Position numbers and translations under genes: made by a program
In this document: positions 12,800 through 25,420 of the stretch, one piece after another
Numbering within the stretch: the stretch's first letter is position 1
Layout of the letters: the number at the start of each line of letters is the position of its first letter
Source: Camelus dromedarius
Taxonomy: Eukaryota
Assembly: GCF_036321535.1 (NCBI RefSeq)
Contig: NC_087436.1
Location: forward strand, 7,192,001 to 7,256,000
Direction of reading: 5' to 3'
DNA: 64,000 nt
Notes under the pieces: generated by a model
What the model saw: only the letters and a program-made list of their open reading frames with translations
Database searches by the model: none
Told to the model about the DNA's origin: nothing

Positions 12800-13076
12800 C
12801 TGCTTGGCGTCTGAGGGTCGATGTCCCAGGGCAGGGGAAGACCGAGGTCTGAGAGAGCTAACTGACGCTTTCTGCTCCGTTTTCTTCCATTCAGGGCTTC
12901 CAGGGATGACGTGTTGCCCACCAGCATTGGTGGGGATGGTACTGTCCCCAGTCTACTGATCCCAACGCTAATCTCTCTGGAGACATGTTCACAGACATAC
13001 CTAGAAACAATGTTTTACCAACGACCTGGGTACCCCCTGGGGCAGGTCAATTTGATACATGAAATTAACCATCACA
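12800..13076 (-). mobile_element. MLT2-type (ERV-L) LTR fragment
   Basis: Ends aaattaaccatcaca, the reverse complement of the MLT2 start tgtgatggttaattt; also contains cacagacatacctagaaacaatgtttt. Confidence 0.8.
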
Positions 13077-14889
13077 CCTGAGTCTTCTCTCTGTTAAATG
13101 TGGTAAGATCACTCAGAGGTTTTTATGTTATTTTTGAAAACATGGAATCATTTTCAATCCTTCCTCCATTTGAATGAACCTCATTTGTCCGTGTGCTTCC
13201 TCCCCGTAGTCCCGAGTGGAGTGAAGCCAGCATACAGCAGGCCTGTCCTTTCTGCTTTTAAGATGCTATGTTTCTATTGACTGCTATGGATTTTTTTCTT
13301 TTTTCTGAAAATCCCTCAAATTGCCCTTCTTTTCTCCTCCTGCTTCTTATTTTCTCTTTACTTCCCGGAAATGACGTTTTTGCCTTGGGTCCTTACTACC
13401 AGAAAAATAATTCACAGTGCTATGATGAAAAATAGCTTAGAAATGGTATGTAACAAAAGGCAAAAAATGTTTTGTAAATATGAGGCTCAGTGGTAACAGG
13501 AGATGAATGGTAGATTCAACCTCCAAAACATTTACTGACTTTTCTTACAGCATCCGTGCTAATGGTGCTTTACAAAATGTGGTGAACACACCAGGCTTGG
13601 TTGCAGTGATAACATTACTGCTCTGTTAACCCACAGTTTAAGAATTGAACACTGAATTCCTGGTCAGTTATTTCTAAACTTCTATAAAAACTTGTATTCA
13701 AATAACTTTAGTCGTATAGACGTTACAAATAACATGCTAAAGCCATTGCCTCCTTAGGAGCAATTCGCAAGTATAATTAAAAAAACAAAAAACCAATCAA
13801 CTAGTCAGCTGACCTAAGAGAGTGTTTTGAGCAAGCTGGAAAACAGAATGAAGTAGCATGTCATGCATGAGTTAATACCTCTGTTTTCGTTCTAAGGGAC
13901 TCCGGGTATTATGTGCAAACAGTCTGAACTAAGGCTGCATAAGATGTCAATTCAAAGTTATTAGTGTCATTTTATAGGCATTAAAAAACCACCTGGCATT
14001 ATCTTTTCATTCTTGAATTTCATAAGTGGACACAATCTATTTGCACACAGTTGTGCCCAGATGACATTAATTTTTAATGTGGTTAAACTCCATTTGAATG
14101 TATGCCAAGATAGAAGCAATGATTAGCTTATTTTGGAAATGACCACTTAATTCTTTCCTGTTATGGGATAACCTCTACTGAAGAGAGAGCTTTCATGGAG
14201 ACTTCCTGTCTCACCCCCTGAGTGGTCCTAAAATTGAACCTCTGAGCTTGACCTTCAGACCTCATGCTGACCCAAGGTGAATGAGACCTTCTTCAGGACT
14301 TGAATCTAAAGATATTGAGCCGGTGCATGGAGTCATTCTAGCACTGAATGCACAGAGCAGAGGAGAACAGAGAATAGGATTTAAGAAAATTTTCCTGCTG
14401 ATAAAGGAAAGGACCTTCCTGAGGTGAGAAGGTCAAAAGAGAAGGATCAGAAGGGCTGGAACCAGGTGGGTCCTGAATATCTCAAAAGGGATCCAGTGCT
14501 GCCTCTCTTTGAGTCTCAGATAAGACTGTCTCTGAGATGGTCAGAACCTAAGTTAAGCTGAGGGGGCATCCAAACCAAATGTGTTCACCTGAAATCTAGA
14601 GAAAAGGCCCCCTTGCCAAGGCCCCCTCATACCAAGAAAAAAAAAGAGACATGCTGTTCTTCAGCCGTGATAGTCTCACAAAATTGCACAGAACCTGAGA
14701 TGGCTCGGGAAGGCCATTTGTGTCGTTGTCAAGCCTGGGGAGGGAGGGAAGATGTGTGGAGCGGAGATAGAATAGGTCTGAGGTCCAGGCCAATGGGACA
14801 TTATCAAACATGACGGAGTCAGAGACCTAGAAGGAACTCTGCAGGAGCTCAGAAGTTATAAATGCAAATCCTAGCAAGATCTGAGGGTG

Positions 14890-15200
14890 TAACATGGATG
14901 CACCATTGGCTTGTCTGTCTTCTCTTTATTCTTCTCAAGCCCTGAGGCCTGGGAAAGAACCTGACAGGGGGCCTCCCGGAGGATGAGAGATTGTGTGGAG
15001 CAGAGGCAAGCCCTCCAGCTGAGGCTTCTTAGACCAGACAAACAGCCTGTCTGCCCAAGACGCGAGATTGAGGCCATCTTGGACCATCCCGCCTCGGCCA
15101 GCCACCTGCTGACCACAGAGATTAGCCATGCTAGACCAGCTAATCCAGAGGACAAGAAGAAATAACAAATGGTTGGTATTAAAAAAAAAACAAACAAACT
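14890..15200 (+). mobile_element. MaLR LTR fragment (MLT1G/H-like)
   Basis: ggaggatgagaga..gtggagcagag and tgaggccatcttggaccatcc. Confidence 0.6.
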
Positions 15201-15629
15201 CCTTTATGGTTATTTTGAAGTTTCATAACTGGAAAAAAAAACCTATTTGCACAATGTTTTAACATAACATTACCCTGATGATATTAATTCTAATGTGGCT
15301 CAACTCTGTTTCAATTTGGGTCAAGAGAAAAGCAGCAATTTATTCTGAGAAATTACCCCTTTCATCTTTCACCACGTTGGGCAGCTTCAAACCTTACTGT
15401 GTTATAAGGTCAGCAAAAATGAGGTAGAACCATGTACATTGACGAAGTACTTATTTGCTAAGATTTGAAGGACACTCAGAGCAACCTGAAGGCACAAATA
15501 TGTTTCCCTCTCGCCTGCCCTGGAGTCTAGAATTCTACAATTTCGGAGATTATATTCTGAAGGTGAAGACATCTTAGATTTTCCCCCACACAGTTAAACA
15601 GCCAGAATAAAGCCTCGGGGATTATCTAA

Positions 15630-15830
15630 CCCAGGGGGAGCCAAATGCTCGTTTGCTGGCCAAATTCAGCCAGCAGATATGTTTTGTTTGGCCTACATAG
15701 TGCTGGCTCACAAATTTTAAACATTTGAATGAGTTGCTTTGCCAAATTTTTTGAAATTGTATCAATACATAAAAGAAATCTGCATTTCCAAATCCTTTTG
15801 AAAAGATTTGGAAGATCGGGCAACGCTGAG
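15630..15830 (+). mobile_element. hAT-Charlie non-autonomous DNA transposon (MER102/MER103-like)
   Basis: caggggg...ggccaaattcagccagcagatatgttttgtttggcc...ggaagatcgggcaacgctg. Confidence 0.65.
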
Positions 15831-16529
15831 TCTACAAAACAACAGTTTATTAAAGCTGTATGCAGGCAGGAACTGGCTGAGTCCCGGAGGAAACCAGCAG
15901 TCCCCACCACCCAACACCTTGTTTGCTTCACTCATCCGTGGTACGTGCTCAGCCCCCGAAGGGCTGTGAATTTCTGACGTCTGGTCTGATCTACTCCAAT
16001 TACGTAACTTTTCAGAGAAGCAAAACATAAGTTCAGATAAAAGTGACTCTGTCATTAGCCAGTGATGAACTTAAATTATGGTACAAGGATAAAGTGTTAT
16101 CAGCCTTGGAACTGATGGGAGCCCCCCTTCCCACCCGGCAGCTGGCTGAAGAGAGAGTTGACTTTGAACACGTGTGAGAAACACTGGAGTCCAGGATTCT
16201 CTAAGACGGGAAGGCTGGGGATCAGCTCGGGGCCCCCAGGTGAGTGACAGACCCTGGGTGGTCAGAGGATGGGAGGCTCCAGAAGCAAAGCAGGAGCTGA
16301 AAGTTGCAGAGGGTGAGGGAAAAGGACGTCCCTTCCTCCCTTACGTTGCTCCCCACCTGCCATGTTGGGTTTATTTTCTTCACTGGGGAAATGTTGTGCT
16401 ACTGAGGACATTGACAGACTTTGGAATTAATGAACATCTTTCAAAAACACAAGAGAGACTGTGAGATTTTAGCTGATTTCATTGATAGCCAAGTCTTGAT
16501 GAAAAGAAAAGCTTCCTAAAAGTTCTTGA

Positions 16530-16687
16530 AAAAGATGTTTAAGGGTCTTATCACAACAAAAAAGAGATTTCTAACTCTATGTGGTGATGGATGTTTACTA
16601 GACTTATTGTGGCGATCATTCTGTATTGTATACAGGTATCAAATCATTATATTGTACACCTGAAACTAATACAGTGTTATATGTCAC
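16530..16687 (+). mobile_element. Older L1 3'UTR fragment
   Basis: tatgtggtgatggatgtt...attgtggcgatcatt...tgtacacctgaaactaatacagtgttatatgtca. Confidence 0.75.
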
Positions 16688-16699
16688 AGGGTGTTGGAG

Positions 16700-17807
16700 G
16701 TGGGTATTGGGAAAACTGGACAGTCGAATGTAAACCAACGAAGTTAGAACACTCCCTCACACTATATACAAAAATAAACTCAGAATGTCTTGAAGACTTA
16801 ACATAAGACAGGACACCATAAATCTCCCAGAACAGAATAGGCTAAACATTCTCTGACATAAATCATAGCAATATTTTTTTCTAGGTCAGTCTCCCAAGGC
16901 AATAGAGATAAAAGCAAAAATAAACTAATGGGATCTAATTAAGCTTACAAGCTTTTGCACAGCAAAGGAGACCCTAAACACAACAAAAAGACAACCTTTG
17001 GACTGGGAGAAAAATATCTGCAAACAATGCACCTGACAAACGTTTAACTTCAAGAATATACAAGTAGCTCATACAGCTCAATATCAAAAAAAACCCAAGC
17101 TACCCAATCAAAAAACAGGCAGAAGACCTAAATAGACATTTCTGCAAAGAAAACATCTAGATGGCCAACAGGCACATGAAAAGATGCTCAACATCGCAAA
17201 TTATTAGAGAAATGCAAATCAAAACTACAATAAGGTATAACCTCACACGATCAGAGTGGCCATCATTAAAATGTCTACAAATGATAAATATTAGAGAGGG
17301 TGTTGAGAAAAGGAAACCTGCCTACACTGTTGGTGGGAATGTAGTTTGGTGCAGCCGCTATGGAAAACAGTATGGAGGTTCCTTAAAAAACTAAAAATAG
17401 ACTAACCCTATGATCCAGCAATCCCACTCCTGGGCATATGTCCAGAGGAGACTTTAATTTGAAAAGATACATGCACCTCAGTGTTCATAGCAGCACTATT
17501 TATAATAGCCAAGACTTGGAAACACAGACACAGAAAACAAACTTAACGTTACTGAAGGGTAAATGTGGGGGAAGGATAAATTAGGAGTTTGGGATTAGCA
17601 GCTACAAACTACTGTATATAAAATAGATAAACAACGAAGACCTACTCTATAGCACAGGGAAATATTTTCAATAGCTTGTAACAACCTATAATGAAAAAGA
17701 ATATAAAGAAGAATCTATGTGTGTGTAACTGGATCACTATGCTGTACCCCTCAAAGTAACACAACACTGGAAATCAGTCATACTTCTATAAAAAATAAAT
17801 CAAAAAA
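16700..17807 (+). mobile_element. L1 ORF2 3' part plus 3'UTR, with internal deletion near 17523
   Basis: ORF2-like peptides WENWTVECK...[13 protein letters not shown] and [23 protein letters not shown], followed by an A-rich tail. Confidence 0.9.
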
Positions 17808-18543
17808 CATTTCCTAGAAATCTGTCTTCCCCTATACGCAGGTTATTAGCCAAGTTCTGTCTGGCAAATATCTCTTGAATCTGTCAGCTTTTTCCAGTTT
17901 TATTCCTATCACCGCTGCGTGAGTTGAGAGCACACCCTCACTTCGGCAGCCTTGGGACTGGTCTCCACATTAGGGATGGGCTCCGGTCCAAACTGCTCTG
18001 CTCAGAGCCTCCCATACATTATAGAGCAGGTTCTGAGCACAGCTTACTTCAGAGCTGCAGTGCGTTACCCCGTGTGATGCCTGAGCTCCTGATCATGACT
18101 ATATGATTTGTGAGGCAATTTTTCAGGATGTTCAGGTGGTTCTTTCAGGAATTCTACTTCGAATGCAGATGCTAAATCTGGGTAACAGAGTTTGTTAATG
18201 TTTTTTTAAAAAGTTAATTCTGCTACAGTAGAAGGTAGTTGTGATTGGGAAATTTGAAGTTTGGTAAACCTTTGTGTGGTACATCCCAAGGCCTGGCAGG
18301 ACCTTCCTGTGGACAGATAGCTGACAACCATGGGACATTTACAATGAAGAGATGGGAGACTCACTGAACATTTCAGAGCCTAACAACCTCAGATGTCCTT
18401 TGTTGACAGTGTATCTTTTGAGCACATCAAAGCAAAAAGTAATCTTTGTCAGTCCTCAGTTCTGCCAGCTCTCCAACTCTGGACTTGTGTACACGAATTC
18501 ACCGTTCCCAGCATGTTCCCACCCAGCTAACAGGATAGTGATT

Positions 18544-19251
18544 CTTTTTTAAATTGAAGTATAGCTGATTTCCAGTGTTGTGTTAGTTTCTGGTGTACAG
18601 CATAGTGATTCAGATGTATACACACACACACACACACATTCTTTTCCATTATGGGTTACTACAAGATATTGAATATGGTCCCCTATGCTATATAGTAGGT
18701 CCTTGATGTTTATCTATTTTATATACAGTAGTTTGTATCTGTTAGTCCCAAACTCCTAATTTATCCCTTTCCCTCCTTTCCCCTCCTGGTAACCATAAGT
18801 GTGTTTTCTATGTCTGTGAGTCTGTTTCTGTTTTGTAAATAAGTTCATTTGTCTTTTTTTTTTCTTTTAGATTCCACATGTAAGTGATATCATATGATAT
18901 TTTTCTTTTTCTTTCTGGATTACTTCACTTAGAATGACAATCTCCAGGTTCATCCTTGTTGCTGCAAATGACATTATTTTAGTCTTTTTTATGGCTGAGT
19001 AGTATTCCATTGTGTAAATATACCACAGCTGCTTTATCCAGTCATCTGTCGATGGACATTTAGGTTGTTTCCATGTCTTGGCTATTGTAAATAGTGCTGC
19101 TGTGAACATTGGAGTGCATGTATTTTTTCAAATTAGAGTTTCCTCTGGATACATGCCCAGGAGTGGGAATATTGGATCATATGGTAACTCTGTTTTCAGT
19201 TTTTTAAGGAATCTCCATACCATTTTCCATCATGACTGCACCAAATTATAT
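18544..19251 (-). mobile_element. 5'-truncated L1 with TSD
   Basis: ORF 18867..19109 [20 protein letters not shown] is the L1 ORF2 C-terminus. TSD taacaggatagtgatt (18528) / taacaggataatgttt (19252). Confidence 0.92.
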
Positions 19252-19514
19252 TAACAGGATAATGTTTTTACCCCTCAAATCTAATTATGGCATTTCTCCA
19301 CTTTAAGGATGCAGACCTTTGATCTTAGGATAAACCCCATGTTCCTCCCGTCCTTTTTACTGCCCAAGCTTCTTTCCACTTCCTTCTCTCTCACACTTTA
19401 AAATTCAGCTGTACAAAATCTCGGCTAATTCCAAGAGAATGAGCCTTGATCTCTCCGGCCTCTTGACTTTTGAGCATCCTGTGTTTTCGCTGCTCTGAAT
19501 ACATATTTCCCAAC

Positions 19515-19858
19515 TGCTGTGGACTGAATGTTTGTGTTGCTTCAAATCAACATCTTGAAACCCTAGCCCCCGAGGTGATGGTATTTGGAGGCGGGGCTTT
19601 TGGGAGGTCATTGGGGTTAGATAGTTCATGAGAGTAGGGTCTTCATGAAGGGAGTCATGCTTTTATAAAAGAGGAGTAGACGTGAGACCACCCTCTTCCT
19701 CTGTGCACCCACCACAGAGGCCCTGTGAGGACACAGCAGGAAGACGGCCCTCACTGGACCCTGACCTTGGACTTCTGGCCTCCAGGGCTGTGGGAAATGT
19801 TTCCTATTTCAGTCACCCATCCTCTGGTGTTCTGTGATAGCCCGAGCAGATTCAGACA
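19515..19858 (+). mobile_element. MaLR LTR (MLT1A-like)
   Basis: tgctgtggactgaatgtttgtg...gtgatggtatttggaggcggggc...ccttggacttctggcctccag...cagaca. Confidence 0.85.
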
Positions 19859-21084
19859 CCAGGCCTGTCTGCTCCGCTCTTCTCCATCAGTCAGGTTTTA
19901 TCTGAAAGCTGCTTCCCCTGATGCGTTTTCACAACGTCCCAAGTCTGGGTTGGCTGTTCTTCCTAAGCGTCTCCGTAACACCTCGTGTCCACTGCCACGT
20001 GGCTACTTCACTGTATGGTAAACTCTCCTTTACTGTTCTGCATCTTCTCCTTGCCCATAAGCTCGATCAGGGCAGGGGTCGTGTCTGGCTTGTTCACCGT
20101 TTTATCCTTACTTTTTAGCAGGTGGTAATAAATATCAAAAAAAGAAATTAATACATATTGGCTGGATAAATGAAGAAATTAGGTAGCAAGGAGAAGCAGA
20201 GATAGTTAAGAAATCCAGTCTAGCAAACAAAACCAACAGAAGAAAGCTTGCTACTTCTGATGTCATTTATCTTCAAGATAGCTGTTTTCTTAAATCTTTA
20301 AAGACAGCTCTTACTTGGCCACGGGCCGATGAAGTCATTGGCTAGTGAATTTGTTACGACCAGACTAATTCATTTGAAGACTAATACTTGTCTTTATTTT
20401 CTGCAACCTGTAAAATCTTACACTTAAAAAAAAAACTCAGTAGTAGAGAGACTTCATAGACAATGTTTTCCAGCAATTATATTTCTATATACATTAGGTG
20501 CTTACCCTCTGCAAGCTTGGGGATTCTTAGGGCCTGCAAGTGATGATTTTAACCTAAACTATAATCGTTTCCTTTGGCATAAATAAAGTCCAGCAGTTAA
20601 GAAGAGGCCAAAGGCCCTAGCAGCCATTCCAGTACAATTTGGAGGGTTGCAGATGAAATTACAGAGTCACATTTCATTTGCTGGCTGCTGTCCCAGTGAT
20701 GAGCTTAGTCACATCACAGAGTTTAGGGAGATCAGAGGCAGGGGCGGGGAGAGGGTACACAGCTCTCAGTAATGATTCTGCGACAGAAGGGCTTTCATTT
20801 GCTCTGACCAACGTGGAGATTAACTCTGCAGCTCTGACCGTCTGACCCCAGGTGGATTAAAGGAAAATTTTCCCATCTTCCAAAAACATGAATTTTATTT
20901 CCTTTACTAAGTTTTGGGCTTAGGGAGCTGGTGTGGGGAGGGGGTCAGAGAGGTGGGATTGCGGGATGGGCTGATACAGACGCTGCAATCATTTCGGGAC
21001 TAGAAACGCAATTGAAATGACCCAGATGGTTGGCCTAATGAAGCTGAACCAAAATCTATGCCAAGAGGCACTGAGCTGTATTCT

Positions 21085-21116
21085 GTCTCTCTGTGTGTGT
21101 GTGTTCCATGTATATA

Positions 21117-21147
<31 letters not shown>

Positions 21148-21175
21148 AAGGAGAGTGAGAGGACGGAGAGGGAGG
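21085..21175. repeat. Compound (TG)n/(TA)n/(AG)n simple repeat
   Basis: Directly visible. Confidence 0.85.
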
Positions 21176-21414
21176 GACAGAGAAGCCTGTGTGCCCAGTG
21201 GATTTTTGGCTGAAAATCACTTGAGGTTACAGGAATGGAAGTGTGGCAGGCTGAGATGATGCAATGACACATAGAAATCACAGCAAAACCCAGAGCTTTT
21301 CCCCACCGTGGTCTGGCCTCAGCTAGCCTGCTCCATCTCAGTTACACCCGTATGTAAAATCCACTTTCCTTTTCTTTCTTTTTTTTTTTTTTTTAAATAG
21401 TACATATCTCCTGG

Positions 21415-21929
21415 TGAGACAGGAGGGAAGGGGCAGGGCACAATCATCGAAAGAACGACGCAGCCATTAGCATCAAGAGGGCAGGAGGTTCAACTCCCAG
21501 TGGACCTTGAGCTTCAGTATCTTCTCAGTGAAAGACAAGAGGTGCTAAATGGTCCTCCCACAGGTGCCAGGACAGTTGCAAGGCTGACCATCAAAGGTTA
21601 AAAAGTGGGCAATGGCCCCATTCCTGGGAGTCCCAGCCCCTTCCCCAAAGTAGTCGGAATAATCCTCCCACTTGTTAGCATATGAAGTTACTGAGCCCCT
21701 AAAATATAACAAACCCACACCTCGAGGTCTCTCTCATGCCTTTTGAGGGGGCCCGCACTCTGTCTATGGAGTGTGTACCTCTCTGAATAAATCTACCTTT
21801 GCTCCACTATGACTCACTCTTGATTTCTTTCCTGCATGAAACCAAGGACCCTCACTTGGCGGGGCGCACCCCTGGGACTCAACTGAGACCTGGGACACGG
21901 CCCTCCTCAGGTCCCATTTTCCTGTATAA
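21415..21929 (+). mobile_element. ERV1-class solo LTR
   Basis: Starts tgagacagg, has aataaa at ~21786 and ends tgtataa. 4-bp TSD CTGG at 21411-21414 and 21930-21933. Confidence 0.85.
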
Positions 21930-22071
21930 CTGGGAGTGTATGGTGCCTTTTGGATAAGGGACTTGAGGCGATGAAGCGGAGCAGGGGACATCCTTGATGC
22001 CAACTTGCTCCAGCGGATCATTGAGAATAAACCTTAGTTTCCTCACCTGTAAAATAAAATTATGTTGGTGC

Positions 22072-22562
22072 TGTCGGCTGAAATAAATGCACAGCCTAAA
22101 AGTTGAGACTTAGGCTTTATTTGGCAGACATTTCTGAGGACTCGAACCCCTTCAAGCCCGGGGTGACAGCCTCTCAGATTGCTCTGAGGGACTGCTCTGA
22201 AGAGGTAGGGAGAAGCCAGGATATATAGGAGCTTCACGACCAGGTACTTGGAACATTAAAAGATTACTTGTTAGCTAAAGAAAATCAGACATCTCACGTT
22301 AAAGAATTTAGTGCTTTTCTATGTATAGGAGGGAGCAAACATTTGGGCTCATTGAATTCATCCCTTTGACAAGCACCTAGCCATCTAGGGCCAGTACCCT
22401 GTCCTTTCTTATTCTGAGTCCCCTCAGGACGCACCATTGTGAGTGGCTGCAGAGGCTGGGCTGCAGGCTTGTCCTCACTGGGGGGTGGCGGCAGCTGCTG
22501 ATGACTTGATGGCTTCAGCATTCTTTGCTTACTGATGTGGCTTGCAGTATTTTTTGTTCACA
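22072..22562 (-). mobile_element. ERV1-class solo LTR
   Basis: TG...CA termini, a perfect TSD GTGC (22068-22071, 22563-22566) and a minus-strand AATAAA (tttatt) at ~22106. Confidence 0.88.
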
Positions 22563-22619
22563 GTGCAGACAATCCCTTCCCTTGGGAGGAGAAATAATGT
22601 TTATTGCCTGCCTATCTGC

Positions 22620-22960
22620 CCTGCGTTATGACTGTGCGGGGCTTTACATATATTACCTCATTTAATCCTCACTATTCTCTTGACTTTGGCTTCATTAAGA
22701 GAATGAAATTCATAGAACCCAAGAAACTTACTAAAAATCGCAATTATTTTCATACATTATGCGCCTCATATGTGTCAAGCTCTCTGTATATCATATATTA
22801 TTATTTTCTCATGATCACCCCGTAAGTTCTATTATATGGTCCAGATCTATGAATGAGGCCACCATGGGGGTCAGTGATTTCGTCAAAGTCACAGAGCCGA
22901 TTTAAGTGAGGGAGAAAGATTTGAACTCATGTCTCTTTAGTTCTGAAATCCATGCCCTTA
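22620..22960 (-). mobile_element. MIR fragments
   Basis: gctttacatatattacctcatttaatcctcac and tcaaagtcacagagc...gatttgaactcatgtct. Confidence 0.6.
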
Positions 22961-24569
22961 GGATGAAAATAGAGCTGCCCTGTGAGGTTGTCTTCTTGTT
23001 AAATCATAACAGTTCTAATCCTACTTGAATGAGTGCGCTTGCTTGGTAATAAGTTCTATTGACATTATTCAAGAGCTTAGGGAATATAAAGTCTCTTAGG
23101 GGAAAAACATGCCTCAAAAAGCACAACTTGCCATATGCGTGGAGGGGAAGAAATTAAGTGAGAAGAAACCAAAATTGTTGAGAGTTTCCAAAGACACGTA
23201 ATAGAAACAGTTTCTAAACTAGAGATGTGCTGTAGTTATTGGTCATGGGTGACGATGTGCGTCTGAGTGTTGGGGAAGGAGGGAGGTTTGCAGAGTAGGG
23301 GTCTGGGCTTTGTCTCTGGCGTGTGTGGGGAAGGGATGAGGGTGAGGACGGACGTTGGGGAGGGGAGTGTGGCCGCCCCTTACACCTGTTGTGATGCTGT
23401 GGGTACCACCGCGAGGGTTCCCACTCTGGCCCCGTATGTGGGAAGGGATCGCTTGGGGAAACATACTGGTGAGATCTTCCCTTTCGCTTTGAGTCTGGAC
23501 CCCAGGACTCCTGCTGATGCATTGCTCGCAATGAGATTGTGTGTCTCTGGACTACACAGCATGCTAACAGCCCCAATTCAGCCTCTTTTCCTAATCCCAA
23601 GTGTGTTGTTCTGCCTCACTGGATGCTGAGGATAACAGTGCTCACTGACCTCTCAGGGGTGCTGTAAGGAACGGACAATAAACATGAATATCAGTGCTGC
23701 AAAACTCCAAGTGAAGCTACCAATCCCCCAGTGACACTGCTGTGCCCATCCAGCCTGAGAGAGCTCTCTCGGTGACATGGTCACAGGACTTTAGGCTAGG
23801 ACATTCTTGCAGAAAGACAGCTTAAACCACAAAGCAGGTGGCATTGAGGGTTTGGCTCCAAGAAAGGCTGACAAATGGAAAGAGACGGAGGCTGTAACCG
23901 CATCATGAACGCAGTGCCCTGGGTTCTGGAGTCTGACGTGCACCGTCCACAGTGCTTTGGTGCCTAGCTGTTTAAAAGTCACTTCCTCGGAGTGCCAAAC
24001 TTGACTTGCTCTTATCTTTCCAAACAAAACTTATATTCTCAAGTTGAGCCGTGCATTTCCATAAGGAAACATTGTGCTGGAGGCGCAGAATACAGATAGA
24101 GATGCGTTCGCCCAGTCTTCCTGGGTGCTTGGTTCTAGCAGAACGCTCAGCCTTTGGCAGTGATCCGGGAGGCTGCTGGCTGCCCCGGCTCTTAAACGGT
24201 TTTGAAAGCTGCTGGAAACCCTTGAAATACACAGCAGAAGGGAAACAGCCGCGCTTGCTGTGGGGCAATTTGGGGTTCCAGCTGCTGGCTTTTCCTCATT
24301 CTGGGCACACTCACACTGGCTCGGTGTTGATGGCGAAAAGTGCCTCCTTCCACCGGGATTCCTTGACATCAGGCTTGCATGCCCAAATGGTGAACCGGTT
24401 TCAATCAAAATATTCATCCCTGCATTTGACAACATGTATAGTTAGGCTGTAAGATCTAGCTCACTGTTCCAGCTGACTATATCTAATGGATAATCAGCTG
24501 TCTTAAAATTAGGATAGGGGACAGACGTTGTCCTCGAGATGGGACTCCTGGGTCTGGTCTTCTTGACCT

Positions 24570-24960
24570 CTGACTTCTGCCGTGATTTTCAGATTGATGT
24601 ATCCAATTCCCTGCCTGAGTCTCTGCTTGAATACTGAGAATTGGAACTTTCAAATGAGCATGTTCAGAACTGAACTTTTGATTTCTCCTCCCCCAAAGCT
24701 GCTTCTTTCCCAGACTCTCCCATTTTCCTTAAAGGCAGGACCGACCTTCTGGCTGCTCAGGCCAAACACGGAAGCAATATCTTGGATTGCCCTCTTTTCC
24801 TGCTCTTTCTGTTCTCCCAGCAACAAATCCTCCAAATCTGAATCCCAACGCTTCTCACCACCTAGACTGCCTCTAGCATGCTCACCTCTCATTTGCATTG
24901 TCTTCAGACACCCTCCTAAATCATTTCCCCCCTACCTGTCTTTCCTCTTACAGCTTGCCT
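24570..24960 (+). mobile_element. L2 fragment
   Basis: catgttcagaactgaacttttgatttctcctcccccaaa...tgctcaggccaaacac. Confidence 0.65.
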
Positions 24961-25175
24961 TCGTGTGTCATGAGTAGCAGTTATCATTCATGTTTGTTAC
25001 CTATTTATCTTCAAGGAAGGGGTTGGCTTGTTTCAGATCATGTGGGTGTAAGGATGGAAGGACTTCAATCCAGTTCTCCATAGTCCTAAAAAAGTGAACC
25101 TTTGAATGGTTTTAGTCCCATCACCTAATCATTTAAGTGAGAAAGTTTACTTTTAAGATTCTACTCACAATGGCC

Positions 25176-25420
25176 AATAATTATGTAACAATCAGTATGT
25201 GCTGGGCAGGGTTCCAAAGGCTTTATGTAATTTAGACTCATTAATCTTACAATAACCAAATGAACCATGTACTGTTATTGTTGCTGTTTAATGTGAGGAA
25301 GGCATGGAGGCACAGAGCTGTTAAGTGACTTGCCCAATGTTGCACAGCCAGGAGGCAGCAGAGGCAGAATTCCAACCCAGGCACCTGGCTCCAGAGTTGT
25401 GCCTTAGTTACTGAGTTACA
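25176..25420 (-). mobile_element. MIR SINE
   Basis: gaggcacagagctgttaagtgacttgcccaatgttgcacagc...aacccaggcacctggctccagag. Confidence 0.85.

Larger units (their letters stand above)
18480..20180 (+). mobile_element. Fragmented L2 LINE interrupted by an L1 and an MLT1A-like LTR
   Basis: L2-like pieces on either side of both inserts; 3' end gtgtctggcttgttcaccg...tggataaatgaa. Confidence 0.55.

Noticed and set aside
16505..17820. Single chimeric L1 bounded by a TSD (aaaagcttcctaaaa / aaacatttcctagaa)
   Set aside because: The match is weak and in A-rich sequence; two separate insertions explain it equally well.
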